In this document: in pieces, positions 1-9,268 of the stretch
How the letters are laid out: each line of letters starts with the position of its first letter
Numbering within the stretch: the first letter of the stretch is position 1
Assembly: GCA_963805975.1 (NCBI GenBank)
Contig: CAWDVR010000002.1
Span: forward strand, 736,001-800,000
Source: an uncultured Acidobacteriota bacterium
Lineage (GTDB): Bacteria > Acidobacteriota > Thermoanaerobaculia > Multivoradales > SZUA-115
Length of the DNA: 64,000 nucleotides
Reading direction: 5' to 3'
The notes under the pieces: generated by a model
Seen by the model: the letters and a program-made list of their open reading frames with translations, nothing else
Database searches by the model: none
What the model was told of the DNA's origin: nothing
Program-made: the position numbers and the translations under genes

Positions 1-240
1 TGTCCCGGGATCGAGTGGCGAGCCGGCCGCGGTGAGGGGAGGAACGACTGGTGGGCGGAGATCTCGCTGCCCTGGCGGAGCCTGGCGCCCGAGGGGACGC
101 TGCCCGCCGTGTGGCGCGCGAACTTCTACCGCATCGAGCGCCCTTTGGGCGGCGGCGTCGAGTACTCCTGCTGGTCCCCCACCTGGACCGAGCCGGCCGA
201 CTTCCACCGCCCGGAACGGTTCGGGAAGCTGATCCTCTGA
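1..240 (+). CDS. 3' end of a CBM9-like (carbohydrate-binding family 9-like) protein, partial
   Basis: Frame 1 translated by hand: ...WWAEISLPWRSL...WRANFYRIE...CWSPTWTEPADFHRPERFGKLIL*. This matches the CBM9-like C-terminal pattern. Not in the ORF track because the start lies outside the window. Confidence 0.7.
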   Translation, partial: CPGIEWRAGRGEGRNDWWAEISLPWRSLAPEGTLPAVWRANFYRIERPLGGGVEYSCWSPTWTEPADFHRPERFGKLIL

Positions 241-250
241 CAGGCCCCCT

Positions 251-2227
251 CTAGCTCGCCAGGGCGAGCTCCGGCACGGCCCTCGGGCCCGAGGAACGCT
301 GGGTGGCGAGTGTCTCCCGGTAGTTGGCCACCAGCTCGTCCCGCGGCCTGAGCGCGAGCGAGATGCAGGAGTCCTCGAGGTTGACCATCAGCCGCCGCTC
401 GATCAACCCGGCAACGAGGCCCTGCACGGCGTCCACCGGCAGCTCCAGCTCGCGGGCGAGAGCCTGGAAGCTCGCCCCCTGGTGGCAAAGGTCGTAGACG
501 CGAGCGGCCTCGCCCTCGAGGAAATGCTCCTCCACCTTGCCGAAGCGCCCGTCGCGGACCAGGATCTCCTCGTTGCCGCAATGCTCGGCGGCCAGGAACG
601 CCTCCTCGCCGCACTGCTTGGAGAAGCCCTCCTCCCACGCGATCAGCTCGTCCCAGGCTTCCGGCACGCCCTCGCCGAACCACTCGTCGGGCGGCTCGTA
701 CTCGCCCTTGGCCACGAAGAAGCGATCGAGGCTCTTGGGTAGCGCGAAGAGCTGCCGCTCGGTCAGCCGCCGCCGCTCCTCGGGCTCGAGGCGGCGGTCG
801 AGCGGGGTGTTGATGAGCAAGGCGAGGGGGGAGAAGTCGAGGCGGTCGAGGTGCGGGATCAGCTCGAGGATCTGGCGGGTCTCGCGCACGTGCTCGAGGG
901 TCGACTTGGGGTGGTGCGAGATGAGGTTCGAAAGCGACTTGACGCCCAGCTCCCGGAGCCACTTCTGCACCAGCAGGTTCTGCTTCGCCCGCGTGCCCTT
1001 GTTCATCGCGCGGAGAAGCGTCGGTGCCAGCGCCTCGATGCCGACCTGGACCAGCTCGACCCCCGAGAGCGAGAGCTTGGTCCAGAACACCTCGGGGTGA
1101 TGCACCCGGTTCTCCATGAAGCAGGTGATGCGGATCTTGCGCTCGATCAGGTAGTCGGCGTACTCCTCCGCCCAGGTGTCGCAGACGTTGTCCATGAACT
1201 TGATGCGCGCGCTGCGATGCTTGCGGACCAGCGCCAGGGCGCGGTCCACGATGCGCTGCGGCGTACCCTTGCGAAAGCCCGACCAGCTCGAGTGGACGTC
1301 GCAGAAGTCGCACTTGGCGAAGCATCCCCGCGTGCCTTCCATGGCGATCCAGGTCGCGGACCGGAACCGGGCATGGCTCTCTTCGCCGGGCAGCGCCCGC
1401 CGGAGGGAAGCGTAGTACTCGTCGAAGTCCGGCAGCGGCAGGCTGTCGACCGGGGTCTGGAGCGAGAGCAGGAGGGCGGGGTTCGGCTCGTGGAGGTTGA
1501 GCGTGCGGCGCTGGATGTCGTAGATGCCCGCGTGCAGCGCCGCCAACCGCTCGCTCAGCTTGGCGCGTTGCCGCGCCGGGGTCGCCAGGATCTCGCGCAG
1601 CACGAGCTCCAGCTTGCGCTCCCCCTCGCCGATGACGCAGAAGCCCTCGATGCCGAGGCGCTCCAGAAGCTCCGCCACCTTGGGATAGATCACCGTGGCG
1701 CCGCCGAAGAGAAAGAGGAAGTCGTGCTCCGGGAAGCTCTCACGGAGCGCACGCGCGCAGTAGAGCGAGGCGTACAACTGGTAATAGTTGAGGGTGAAGC
1801 CCACCACGTTGAGCGCCCGCCGGGAGAGCTGCGGGCCGATGGTCTCCCTGACGTACCGCTGGGTGCGGCGCTCGAGGTGCGCGAGGCCGCGGAGAGTCAG
1901 CGGCTCGCCGGCGTCCGTGACATGGGCGTTGACGCGCTGCAGGAGCCGTTCGAGCGACACCCGATCGAGCCCCTGCTCCTGGCGCAGGAACCGGCGCAGG
2001 TAGAGCAGGAAGTACGGGTACTCCTCGTACGCCTGGTAGCGATCGAAGAGGTCGACCGGGCCCTGCCGGGTCTCTTCCAACAGCAGGCTGGCAAACGCGG
2101 AGTAGGTCCGCGTCGGGACGCGCCCGTCAAAGGTCTCGTCCACGTAGGCCTTGAGCACCGCGGTCTGGATCGAAGGCAGCTCCGGGTTCGCCCAAGGCAT
2201 GGAAAACAGGTGCAATCGGGCCTGCAT
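251..2227 (-). CDS. B12-binding radical SAM enzyme resembling RiPP-maturation radical SAM C-methyltransferases
   Basis: N-terminal SMPW..PSI..LKAY; cobalamin-binding-like segment (VVGFT..Q, FGGA, IGEGE); EGTRG-CFAKCDFC (CxxxCxxC); QVGIE; C-terminal winged-helix/RRE-like segment; GGAGG RBS. Confidence 0.8.
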   Translation of the reverse strand: MQARLHLFSMPWANPELPSIQTAVLKAYVDETFDGRVPTRTYSAFASLLLEETRQGPVDLFDRYQAYEEYPYFLLYLRRFLRQEQGLDRVSLERLLQRVNAHVTDAGEPLTLRGLAHLERRTQRYVRETIGPQLSRRALNVVGFTLNYYQLYASLYCARALRESFPEHDFLFLFGGATVIYPKVAELLERLGIEGFCVIGEGERKLELVLREILATPARQRAKLSERLAALHAGIYDIQRRTLNLHEPNPALLLSLQTPVDSLPLPDFDEYYASLRRALPGEESHARFRSATWIAMEGTRGCFAKCDFCDVHSSWSGFRKGTPQRIVDRALALVRKHRSARIKFMDNVCDTWAEEYADYLIERKIRITCFMENRVHHPEVFWTKLSLSGVELVQVGIEALAPTLLRAMNKGTRAKQNLLVQKWLRELGVKSLSNLISHHPKSTLEHVRETRQILELIPHLDRLDFSPLALLINTPLDRRLEPEERRRLTERQLFALPKSLDRFFVAKGEYEPPDEWFGEGVPEAWDELIAWEEGFSKQCGEEAFLAAEHCGNEEILVRDGRFGKVEEHFLEGEAARVYDLCHQGASFQALARELELPVDAVQGLVAGLIERRLMVNLEDSCISLALRPRDELVANYRETLATQRSSGPRAVPELALAS

Positions 2228-2302
2228 GAGGTGTCCTCCGGGTCGTCGAACATTCCCGCACCCGCCCCAATTCAGAGTCTGCGTTTCGCCGTGCTTAGAA
2301 AG

Positions 2303-2330
2303 ATTCTATTGCAAGACTAGGAGGAGTCAA
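2303..2330 (-). promoter_or_regulatory. sigma70-type promoter of the radical SAM gene
   Basis: Minus strand TTGACT-16 nt-TAGAAT, about 75 nt upstream of the ATG at 2227. Confidence 0.6.
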
Positions 2331-2411
2331 CGCGGACGGGGCATCTCTTGAAACCAGTTCTGTCGAGGCGCGTAGTGAGAGGCGCTTGGCATCTCGACAG
2401 GAGGAGCTCTC

Positions 2412-2936
2412 ATGACGCCCTGGCTGTGGATCGCGCTGGTCTCGAACCTGACCTTCTGGGCTGTCTTCGTGGCCCTGCTCCTTCGCCATCGGCCTGGCGC
2501 CACCCGCACGGTGGTAGGCGTCCTGCATCTCCTGCTCGCGGCCTTCTTCTCGGTGGCGCCCATCCGCTCGCTGATCGATCCCGCCTATCCCGGTCTCGGT
2601 TTCGGTGTGCTGCGCTTCGAGGGGCGGGGCGCCACGCTGCCCGCGACTCTCGTGCTGGTGTGGGCGCTCGCCTGTGCCTACCTGGCGGTGACCCGGGGCG
2701 CAGGCCGCAGCCTGTGGTGGGTCGCGGCCTTCGACCTGCTCATGGCCGCCAATCTCGCGGCCGGTGTCCTCGCTCCCGGCAGCAGCAACGACATCCAGTT
2801 CGGCGAGCACCTCACGATCTCCGGCCACTTGGGCGTCGCCATCATGCTGCTCCTCTTCGTAGCGGGACCGGCGCTCTCGGGTTGGTGGGCGGCGCGGAAG
2901 GCACTGATGCATTTGGAGGTGGTCAACCAGTCTTAG
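2412..2936 (+). CDS. Hypothetical multi-pass membrane protein
   Basis: 174 aa with about 5 hydrophobic segments; AGGAGGAG RBS. Confidence 0.7.
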   Translation: MTPWLWIALVSNLTFWAVFVALLLRHRPGATRTVVGVLHLLLAAFFSVAPIRSLIDPAYPGLGFGVLRFEGRGATLPATLVLVWALACAYLAVTRGAGRSLWWVAAFDLLMAANLAAGVLAPGSSNDIQFGEHLTISGHLGVAIMLLLFVAGPALSGWWAARKALMHLEVVNQS

Positions 2937-2961
2937 CACGGCTGCCGTTATAATTGGTGCC

Positions 2962-3255
2962 GTGATACGGTCTTTCGCGGACGGCCCGACCGAGGATCTG
3001 TTCGACGGTCTCGCCAGCCGGCGGGCCAGGAAAGCCTGCCCGGAGCGGTTATGGCCAGTGGTGCGACGGAAGCTCACTCAGCTAAACCGCGTCCGCGACC
3101 TTCGTGAGCTGGCAATCCCACCCGGAAACCGGCTCGAGGCCCTCAAACGAGATCGTGTGGGCCAGCACAGCATCAGGATCAACGATCAGTACCGGATCTG
3201 CTTCCGGTGGGAGAACGGCTATGCCGACAAGGTCGAAATCACCGACTATCACTAG
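2962..3255 (+). CDS. higB: HigB-type (RelE/ParE superfamily) toxin
   Basis: MIRSF, PPGNRLEALK, QHSIRINDQYRICFRW, VEITDYH; toxin-first gene order; TATAAT at 2949-2954. Confidence 0.9.
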   Translation: MIRSFADGPTEDLFDGLASRRARKACPERLWPVVRRKLTQLNRVRDLRELAIPPGNRLEALKRDRVGQHSIRINDQYRICFRWENGYADKVEITDYH

Positions 3256-3598
3256 CCGCGCACCAGCTCCACCTCGCCCCCTAGTGCGTCGCCGGCTTCC
3301 TACCGAGCTACCGCCGACACACCCCGGGGAGATGTTGCTCGAGGAGTGGCTCAAGCCACTGGGGATCTCGCAGTCTGCGTTTGCGATCCGCCTGGGGGTC
3401 TCTTTCCCTCGCCTCAACGAGATCGTTCGTGGCAAGCGAGGAGTGACCCCGGACACAGCGCTCCGCCTGGCCAGAGTCACCGGGATGAGCGCCGACTTTT
3501 GGCTCGGTCTCCAGCAGGACTGGGACCTCTGGCACGCGCTGCGATCGCGGGAGGCCGAAGAGATCGCTCGACTGACGCCTCTGCCACGCGCGAGCTGA
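3221..3598 (+). CDS. higA: HigA-family antitoxin (HTH-XRE); start could be 3221 (ATG) or 3284 (GTG)
   Basis: PTHPGEMLLEEWLKPLGISQ..., RLNEIVRGKRGVTPDTALRLA, FWLGLQ. Confidence 0.9.
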   Translation: MPTRSKSPTITSRAPAPPRPLVRRRLPTELPPTHPGEMLLEEWLKPLGISQSAFAIRLGVSFPRLNEIVRGKRGVTPDTALRLARVTGMSADFWLGLQQDWDLWHALRSREAEEIARLTPLPRAS

Positions 3599-3611
3599 GG
3601 GGATAGCCTCT

Positions 3612-4118
3612 TTACTCCTTGTCCCGCACCACCAGAGCGATGGGAAGACCGACCACGAACGGGTGGCCGATGAGCTGGGTCCAGAAGTGCGGCGAGGACA
3701 CTGGGGTCCCCGTGACTCGGGTGAGCGGCAGGACCAGAAAGTCCATCGCCAGCCAGACCAGCATGCCGTAGGCGAGGCCGACCGCGATGGCGCCGCCGGT
3801 CGAGCGTGTCGCGCGCCGCAGAGCCGGCCAGCGGCGGTAGATGAGCAGATAGATCGCCGCCCAGCTCATGGCAATCAGGAAGTGGATGGCGAGCCCCAGG
3901 GCCGCGGTGGGGAGGCCACCGCTCCGCGCCGCCTCCCGGCCCAGCAGGCCGGCAGCCACGCCCTGGAAGACCCGGGGGATGGTGGCGACCTTGAGGACCA
4001 CCACCCAGATGGCGACGGCAAAGGCGCCGTCGAGGATTCCGACCAGGGTGCCCGCGATGAGCACGCGGACCAGGTCGGAGCGCCGGCGGGAGCCGGGCGA
4101 AGCGCTGGCGACGGACAT
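3612..4118 (-). CDS. Hypothetical membrane protein (about 4 TM)
   Basis: ATG at 4118 with AGGGGG RBS; GILDG, FQGVAAGLLG, GLAIHF and YG..W motifs in hydrophobic helices. Confidence 0.7.
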   Translation of the reverse strand: MSVASASPGSRRRSDLVRVLIAGTLVGILDGAFAVAIWVVVLKVATIPRVFQGVAAGLLGREAARSGGLPTAALGLAIHFLIAMSWAAIYLLIYRRWPALRRATRSTGGAIAVGLAYGMLVWLAMDFLVLPLTRVTGTPVSSPHFWTQLIGHPFVVGLPIALVVRDKE

Positions 4119-4263
4119 GATTCCCCCTTGGTGGATGAGCTCCAATCTACGGTTTTCAGGACCGGCGATCCAGCCGCTTGAACGCCCGGCCACCTGGGTC
4201 CGCGGTTTCACACTCACAGCGAAGCCGGACGCCGGGAAGCGCAAGATCCGTGCCCCATAGGTG

Positions 4264-4363
4264 GCAGCTCAGCTCGAGCTCCGCGTACCCTGGTGCGGTG
4301 CTCGAGCTCCCTGGCGGGCGGCCTGCGCTCCTCCCAGGGTACACGGAGCTCGGGCTGAGCCGC
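4264..4363. repeat. REP-like inverted pair with 30-bp arms
   Basis: 4264-4293 GCAGCTCAGCTCGAGCTCCGCGTACCCTGG versus the reverse complement of 4334-4363: 27/30 identical, 40-nt spacer, intergenic. Confidence 0.75.
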
Positions 4364-4494
4364 GGTTGCGTGCTCGTAGTTTGACTCCTCCCACCAGTTC
4401 GGCTTCAATTACCCGCCAGTCTTTCCAGTTCCCTTGCTAAGCTCCTCGGGCGAGGCCGGCGGGCGACTGCGCCTGTGGCGACGGAGGGAGGGCC

Positions 4495-5295
4495 GTGGCT
4501 CAACTAGAGGTTCTCAAGACGCGCTCGTTCGGGGAGACCTCCCGCCGGGATGCCTGGTGGGTGCAGCCGGTGGCGGTGTTCCTCGGCCTCTCCGCGTTCG
4601 TCGTCTACTCCACCTGGGCGGCCTTCCAGGGTGACCACTACCGCTTCGGGCCGTATCTCTCGCCGTTCTACTCGCCGGAGGTGTTCGGCGATCCGCAGCA
4701 CTCCTGGTTCGGCGGCAGGCCCGCGTGGTGGCCCGGCTTCCTGCCCTTCTCGCCGGCGCTCTTCATCCTCTGGGCACCCGGCGGCTTCCGCCTCACCTGC
4801 TACTACTACCGCGGCGCCTACTACAAGGCGTTCTGGGCCGACCCGCCCTCCTGCACGGTGGGCGAGCCGCGGAAGAGCTACCGCGGCGAGCGCTCGTTCC
4901 CGCTGATCCTGCAGAACGTCCACCGCTACTTCCTCTACCTGGCGCTCGCCTTCCTGGTCTTCCTGGTCCACGACGTGTGGAAGGCGCTGTGGTTCACCGA
5001 CCCGGCGACCGGGGTGACCAGCTTCGGCATCGGCATCGGCACGCTGGTGCTCGCTCTCAACACCACGCTCCTCGCCGGCTACACGCTGGGCTGCCACTCG
5101 CTGCGGCACCTGGTGGGCGGCGCGCTGGACCGCATCTCGGGCTCGCCGGTCCGCTTCACGGCCTACCGCTGCGTGGGCTGCTTCAACCGCAAGCACATGC
5201 GGTGGGCCTGGGCGAGCCTTTTCTCGGTGGGCTTCTCGGACCTCTACGTCCGCCTCTGCTCGCTGGGCGTGTGGACGGACTGGAGGCTCCTCTAG
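4495..5295 (+). CDS. Membrane anchor of an Sdh1-type (mycobacterial Rv0249c-like) succinate dehydrogenase
   Basis: YLSPFYSP, FRLTCYYYRGAYYKAFW..PP.C, QNVHRYF, GCHSLRH; first gene of the sdh operon. Confidence 0.8.
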   Translation: MAQLEVLKTRSFGETSRRDAWWVQPVAVFLGLSAFVVYSTWAAFQGDHYRFGPYLSPFYSPEVFGDPQHSWFGGRPAWWPGFLPFSPALFILWAPGGFRLTCYYYRGAYYKAFWADPPSCTVGEPRKSYRGERSFPLILQNVHRYFLYLALAFLVFLVHDVWKALWFTDPATGVTSFGIGIGTLVLALNTTLLAGYTLGCHSLRHLVGGALDRISGSPVRFTAYRCVGCFNRKHMRWAWASLFSVGFSDLYVRLCSLGVWTDWRLL

Positions 5296-7116
5296 TGGCC
5301 GACCATCCGCGCTTCGACTACGACGTGCTGGTGATCGGCGCGGGCGGCGCGGGCCTGCGGGCCGCGATCGCCGCCTCGGCCGCCGGGGCCAAGGTGGGAG
5401 TGACCTCGAAGTCCCTCCTCGGCAAGGCGCACACGGTGATGGCCGAGGGCGGCATCGCCGCGGCGCTCGCCAACGTGGACGAGCGGGACGGCTGGCGGGT
5501 CCATTTCGCGGACACGCTACGCGGCGGCCAGTACTTGAACCATCCCCGCATGGCCGAGCTGCACGCCAAGGAGGCCCCGGACCGGGTGCGCGAGCTCGAG
5601 GCCTGGGGCGCGCTCTTCGACCGCACGAAGGACGGGCGCATCCTGCAGCGCAACTTCGGCGGCCACCGCTACGCCCGCCTCGCCCACGTGGGCGACCGCA
5701 CCGGTCTCGAGATGATCCGCACGCTCCAGGACCACGGCATCCACGCCGGCATCGACTTCCACATGGAGCACACGGTGACGGCGCTGTTGACGGACGGCGG
5801 CCGGGTGGTGGGCGCCTTCGGCTACGACCGCGAGCGCGGCCGGTGCCGGGTGTTCGCCGCCAAGGCCGTGGTGCTCGCCACCGGCGGCATCGGCCGCGCC
5901 TACTCCATCACCTCGAACAGTTGGGAGTACACCGGCGACGGCCACGCGCTCGCCTTCGCGGCCGGCGCCGAGCTGCTCGACATGGAGTTCGTGCAGTTCC
6001 ATCCCACGGGCATGGTCTGGCCGCCCGTCGGTGAAGGGCATCCTGGTGACGGAAGGCGTGCGCGGCGAGGGCGGCGTGCTGCGCAACAGCGAGGGCCGGC
6101 GCTTCATGTTCGACGACGTGCCGGCCAACTACCGGAGCCAGACCGCCGACAACGAGGAGGAAGGCTGGCGCTACTGCCAGGGTGACAAGGACGCGCGCCG
6201 GCCGCCCGAGCTCCTCACCCGCGACCACGTGGCGCGCTCGATCGTGCGCGAGATCCGCGAGGGCCGCGGCAGCCCGCACGGCGGCGTGTTCCTCGACATC
6301 TCGTGGATCAAGGCGCGCGTGCCGAACGGCGCGGAGCACATCAAGAAGAAGCTCCCCAGCATGTACCACCAGTTCAAGGAGCTGGCGGGGATCGACATCA
6401 CCGCGGAGCCGATGGAAGTGGGGCCCACGACGCACTACATGATGGGCGGCGTGCGGGTGGACCCGGACACCCAGATGTCCACCGTGCCCGGCCTCTTCGC
6501 GGCCGGCGAGTGCGGCGCCGGGCTCCATGGTGCCAACCGGCTGGGCGGCAACTCCCTTTCCGACCTGCTGGTCTTCGGCCAGCGCGCCGGGGACTACGCG
6601 GCGCGCTTCGCCCTGGCAAACGGCGAGATCCGTCTCGACGCGCACCAGGTCGATCGGGCGGCGGCAGAGCTCGTGGCGCCGTTCGATCGTAGCGGGGAGG
6701 GCGGGGCCGAGAACCCCTACGGCATCCAGCACGATCTCCAGAAGATGATGCAGGAGCTGGTGGGGATCGTGCGCCGCGGCGAGGAGATGGAGCGCGCACT
6801 GGCCGGCATCCTGCAGCTCAAAGAGCGCGCGGCGCGCGTGGCGGCGCCCGGCAACCGCGAGTACAACCCCGGCTGGCACACGGCCCTCGACCTCCCGAAC
6901 CTGCTCACCGTCTCCGAGGCCGTGACGCGGGCGGCGCTCGCCCGCAAGGAGAGCCGCGGCGCCCACTTCCGGGACGATCACCCCGACAAGGACGCCGAGC
7001 TCGGCAAGATCAACTTCGTGGTGCGCAAGGGGGCGGACGGCGAGGTGCTGGTCGAGCGCCGGACGGTGCCCGCGCTCACCACCGAGCACCAGGCGATCAT
7101 CGAGGAGATGAAGTGA
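5295..7116 (+). CDS. sdhA: Succinate dehydrogenase/fumarate reductase flavoprotein, frameshifted near 6025
   Basis: GTG at 5295; DVLVIGAGGAG, HTVMAEGG, MEFVQFHPTG, then LVTEGVRGEGG, HYMMGG, HGANRLGGNSL and ESRGAH in another frame. One extra C at WPP-SVKG joins the frames. Confidence 0.9.
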
Positions 7117-7856
7117 TGGCCCAGGCCACCTTCGAGATCTTCCGCGGCGAGCGCGGCAGCGGCGGCTTCCAGAGCTACTCGACCGAGGTCTCGGAAGGCA
7201 TGGTGGTGCTCGACGCCGTGCACCAGATCCAGGCCGAGTCCGCGGGCGACCTCGCCGTGCGCTGGAACTGCAAGGCGGGAAAGTGCGGCTCGTGCTCGGC
7301 GGAGATCAACGGCAACCCGCGGCTGATGTGCATGACGCGGCTCTCCGACCTGCCGCTCGCAGAGCCGGTGACGATCGAGCCGATGCGCGCCTTCCCGCAC
7401 CTGCGCGACCTGGTGACCGACGTCTCCTCGAACTTCCGCGCCAAGCAGAAGATCAAGCAGTTCAAGCCGCGCCCTCCCGACGCCGCGGACGGCACCTGGC
7501 GCATCGCGCAGGAGGACGTGGACCGCGTGCAGGAGTTCCGCAAGTGCATCGAGTGCTTCCTCTGCCAGGACGTCTGCCACGTGCTGCGCGATCACCAGCT
7601 CCACGAGGAGTTCATCGGCCCGCGGCTCCTCGTCTATACCGCGGCGCTCGAGATGCACCCGCTCGACACCGAGGACCGGCTGGCCGACCTCAAGGGCGGC
7701 CACGGCATCGGCTACTGCAACATCACCAAGTGCTGCACCAAGGTCTGCCCGGAGTCGATCACCATCACGGACAACGCCATCATTCCGCTCAAGGAACGGG
7801 TGGTCGACGAGTTCTTCGACCCGCTCGCGAAGCTCTTCAAGATCTTTCGACACTAG
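7113..7856 (+). CDS. sdhB: Succinate dehydrogenase/fumarate reductase Fe-S subunit
   Basis: CKAGKCGSC...C; CIECFLCQDVC; CNITKCCTKVCP. Confidence 0.92.
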   Translation: MMAQATFEIFRGERGSGGFQSYSTEVSEGMVVLDAVHQIQAESAGDLAVRWNCKAGKCGSCSAEINGNPRLMCMTRLSDLPLAEPVTIEPMRAFPHLRDLVTDVSSNFRAKQKIKQFKPRPPDAADGTWRIAQEDVDRVQEFRKCIECFLCQDVCHVLRDHQLHEEFIGPRLLVYTAALEMHPLDTEDRLADLKGGHGIGYCNITKCCTKVCPESITITDNAIIPLKERVVDEFFDPLAKLFKIFRH

Positions 7857-7877
7857 GCGGAGTGGAGGAAGCCGGCC

Positions 7878-8378
7878 ATGTACGAGCTCAAGTCACTCTC
7901 CCCCGAAGCCGTGCCCGCCGCGCTCGCCAAGGCGCACCGCTACCGCCTGCTCAACGAGGCCCAGGAGGCCGAGAGCATCTGCCGCGACGTGCTGGAGGTG
8001 GAGCCCGGCAACCAGGAGGCGCTGGTCACACTGCTCCTCGCCCTCACCGACCAGTTCCAGGAGCATCTCCACCCGACCATGGACCACGCCCGCGAGGTGC
8101 TCGCCCGCATCGGGGACGAGTACGGCCGCGCCTACTACGGCGGCATCCTCTACGAGCGCCAGGCCAAGGCGCAGTGGCGTCGCGGCGGCATGCACGCCGG
8201 CCATATCGCCTACGCCGGCTTCCGCGAGGCCATGGTGCACTTCGAGAAGGCCGCCGCCCTCCGCCCGCCCGGCAACGACGACGCCCTGCTGCGCTGGAAC
8301 ACCTGCGCCCGCCTGCTGATGGCCCACCGCGAGCTGACGCCCGCGCCCCAGGACCCGATCGAGCACTGGCTGGAGTAG
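7878..8378 (+). CDS. Conserved helical (TPR-like) hypothetical protein ending the sdh operon
   Basis: GGAGG RBS; YRLLNE...AESICRDVL, YYGGILYER, LLRWNTC; good codon usage. Confidence 0.75.
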   Translation: MYELKSLSPEAVPAALAKAHRYRLLNEAQEAESICRDVLEVEPGNQEALVTLLLALTDQFQEHLHPTMDHAREVLARIGDEYGRAYYGGILYERQAKAQWRRGGMHAGHIAYAGFREAMVHFEKAAALRPPGNDDALLRWNTCARLLMAHRELTPAPQDPIEHWLE

Positions 8379-8459
8379 GGCGCCCGACGTACCACGGATC
8401 ACTGAAGGCTTGGAGACAGGGGAATTAGGGTCAATACCGTTCACTGAAGCCTCTTGGCT

Positions 8460-8534
8460 CGTCATCCCCGCGAAAGCGGGGATCCATCTGGGTCTCCTCG
8501 CCCGCCCTGGATCCCCGCTTTCGCGGGGATGACG
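8460..8534. repeat. REP/dRS3-like palindrome doublet
   Basis: CGTCATCCCCGCGAAAGCGGGGATCCA at 8460-8486 and its perfect reverse complement at 8508-8534; each arm is itself a hairpin. Confidence 0.85.
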
Positions 8535-8621
8535 GCAAAGAGAACAGCTCGATTGGCCCGTGCTTTAGGAAGCTATCAGGCAGCGCTTGCATTTTGCAGT
8601 CGGTGGCGTCACCATGCAGGC

Positions 8622-8858
8622 ATGGGAGTTCAGATCACCATTCGCGATGTTCCGGGCGCGGTGCGAGATGAGCTGGCCGCCCGCGCCGCTCTTCAGGGCA
8701 AATCGATGCAGGAATACCTGCGTGCCGAGCTGGAGCGCCTGGCTTCTCGCCCGCCGGTCGAGCGGCTGCTCGCCGGGATCCGCGACCGCAAGAGGACGGC
8801 GGCGACCCGGCTCTCCCCGGAGGAGATCCTGGCCCATCGGGATGCGGAGCGCCGGTGA
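8622..8858 (+). CDS. FitA-like ribbon-helix-helix antitoxin
   Basis: MGVQITIRDVP..VRDELAARAA..GKSMQEYLR; GTGA overlap with the PIN gene. Confidence 0.85.
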   Translation: MGVQITIRDVPGAVRDELAARAALQGKSMQEYLRAELERLASRPPVERLLAGIRDRKRTAATRLSPEEILAHRDAERR

Positions 8859-9256
8859 GCGCGGTCGTCGACGCCTCTCTGCTGGTCGCCGCCGTCGCGG
8901 ATGACGGCACGGAAGGAAACTGGGCCGAGGAAGTGCTGAGCGCCGGTGGCCTGGTGGCCCCCCACCTTGCCCTGGTGGAGGCCACCAACATCCTCCGCCG
9001 CTTCGAGCTCGCGGGTCGCCTGAGCCGCCTCGAAGCCGGGGCCGCTGCCCACGATCTCCTGCTGCTCGATCTGGAGCTGGTCCCCTTTGCCCCCTTCTCG
9101 CAGCGAGTCTGGGAGCTCCGGGCCAACGTCACGAGCTACGACGCCTGGTACGTCGCGGTGGCCGAAGAGCTCGATCTGCCCCTCGCAACCCTCGATCGGC
9201 CTCTTGCCGCCGCCCCTGGCCTTCACTGCCGATTCCTGCTGCCACCCTCTGCGTGA
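8855..9256 (+). CDS. vapC: VapC PIN-domain toxin
   Basis: VVDAS, E..N.LRR, YDAWYVAVAE, LATLD. Confidence 0.88.
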   Translation: MSAVVDASLLVAAVADDGTEGNWAEEVLSAGGLVAPHLALVEATNILRRFELAGRLSRLEAGAAAHDLLLLDLELVPFAPFSQRVWELRANVTSYDAWYVAVAEELDLPLATLDRPLAAAPGLHCRFLLPPSA

Positions 9257-9268
9257 CCGGGCCGCACC

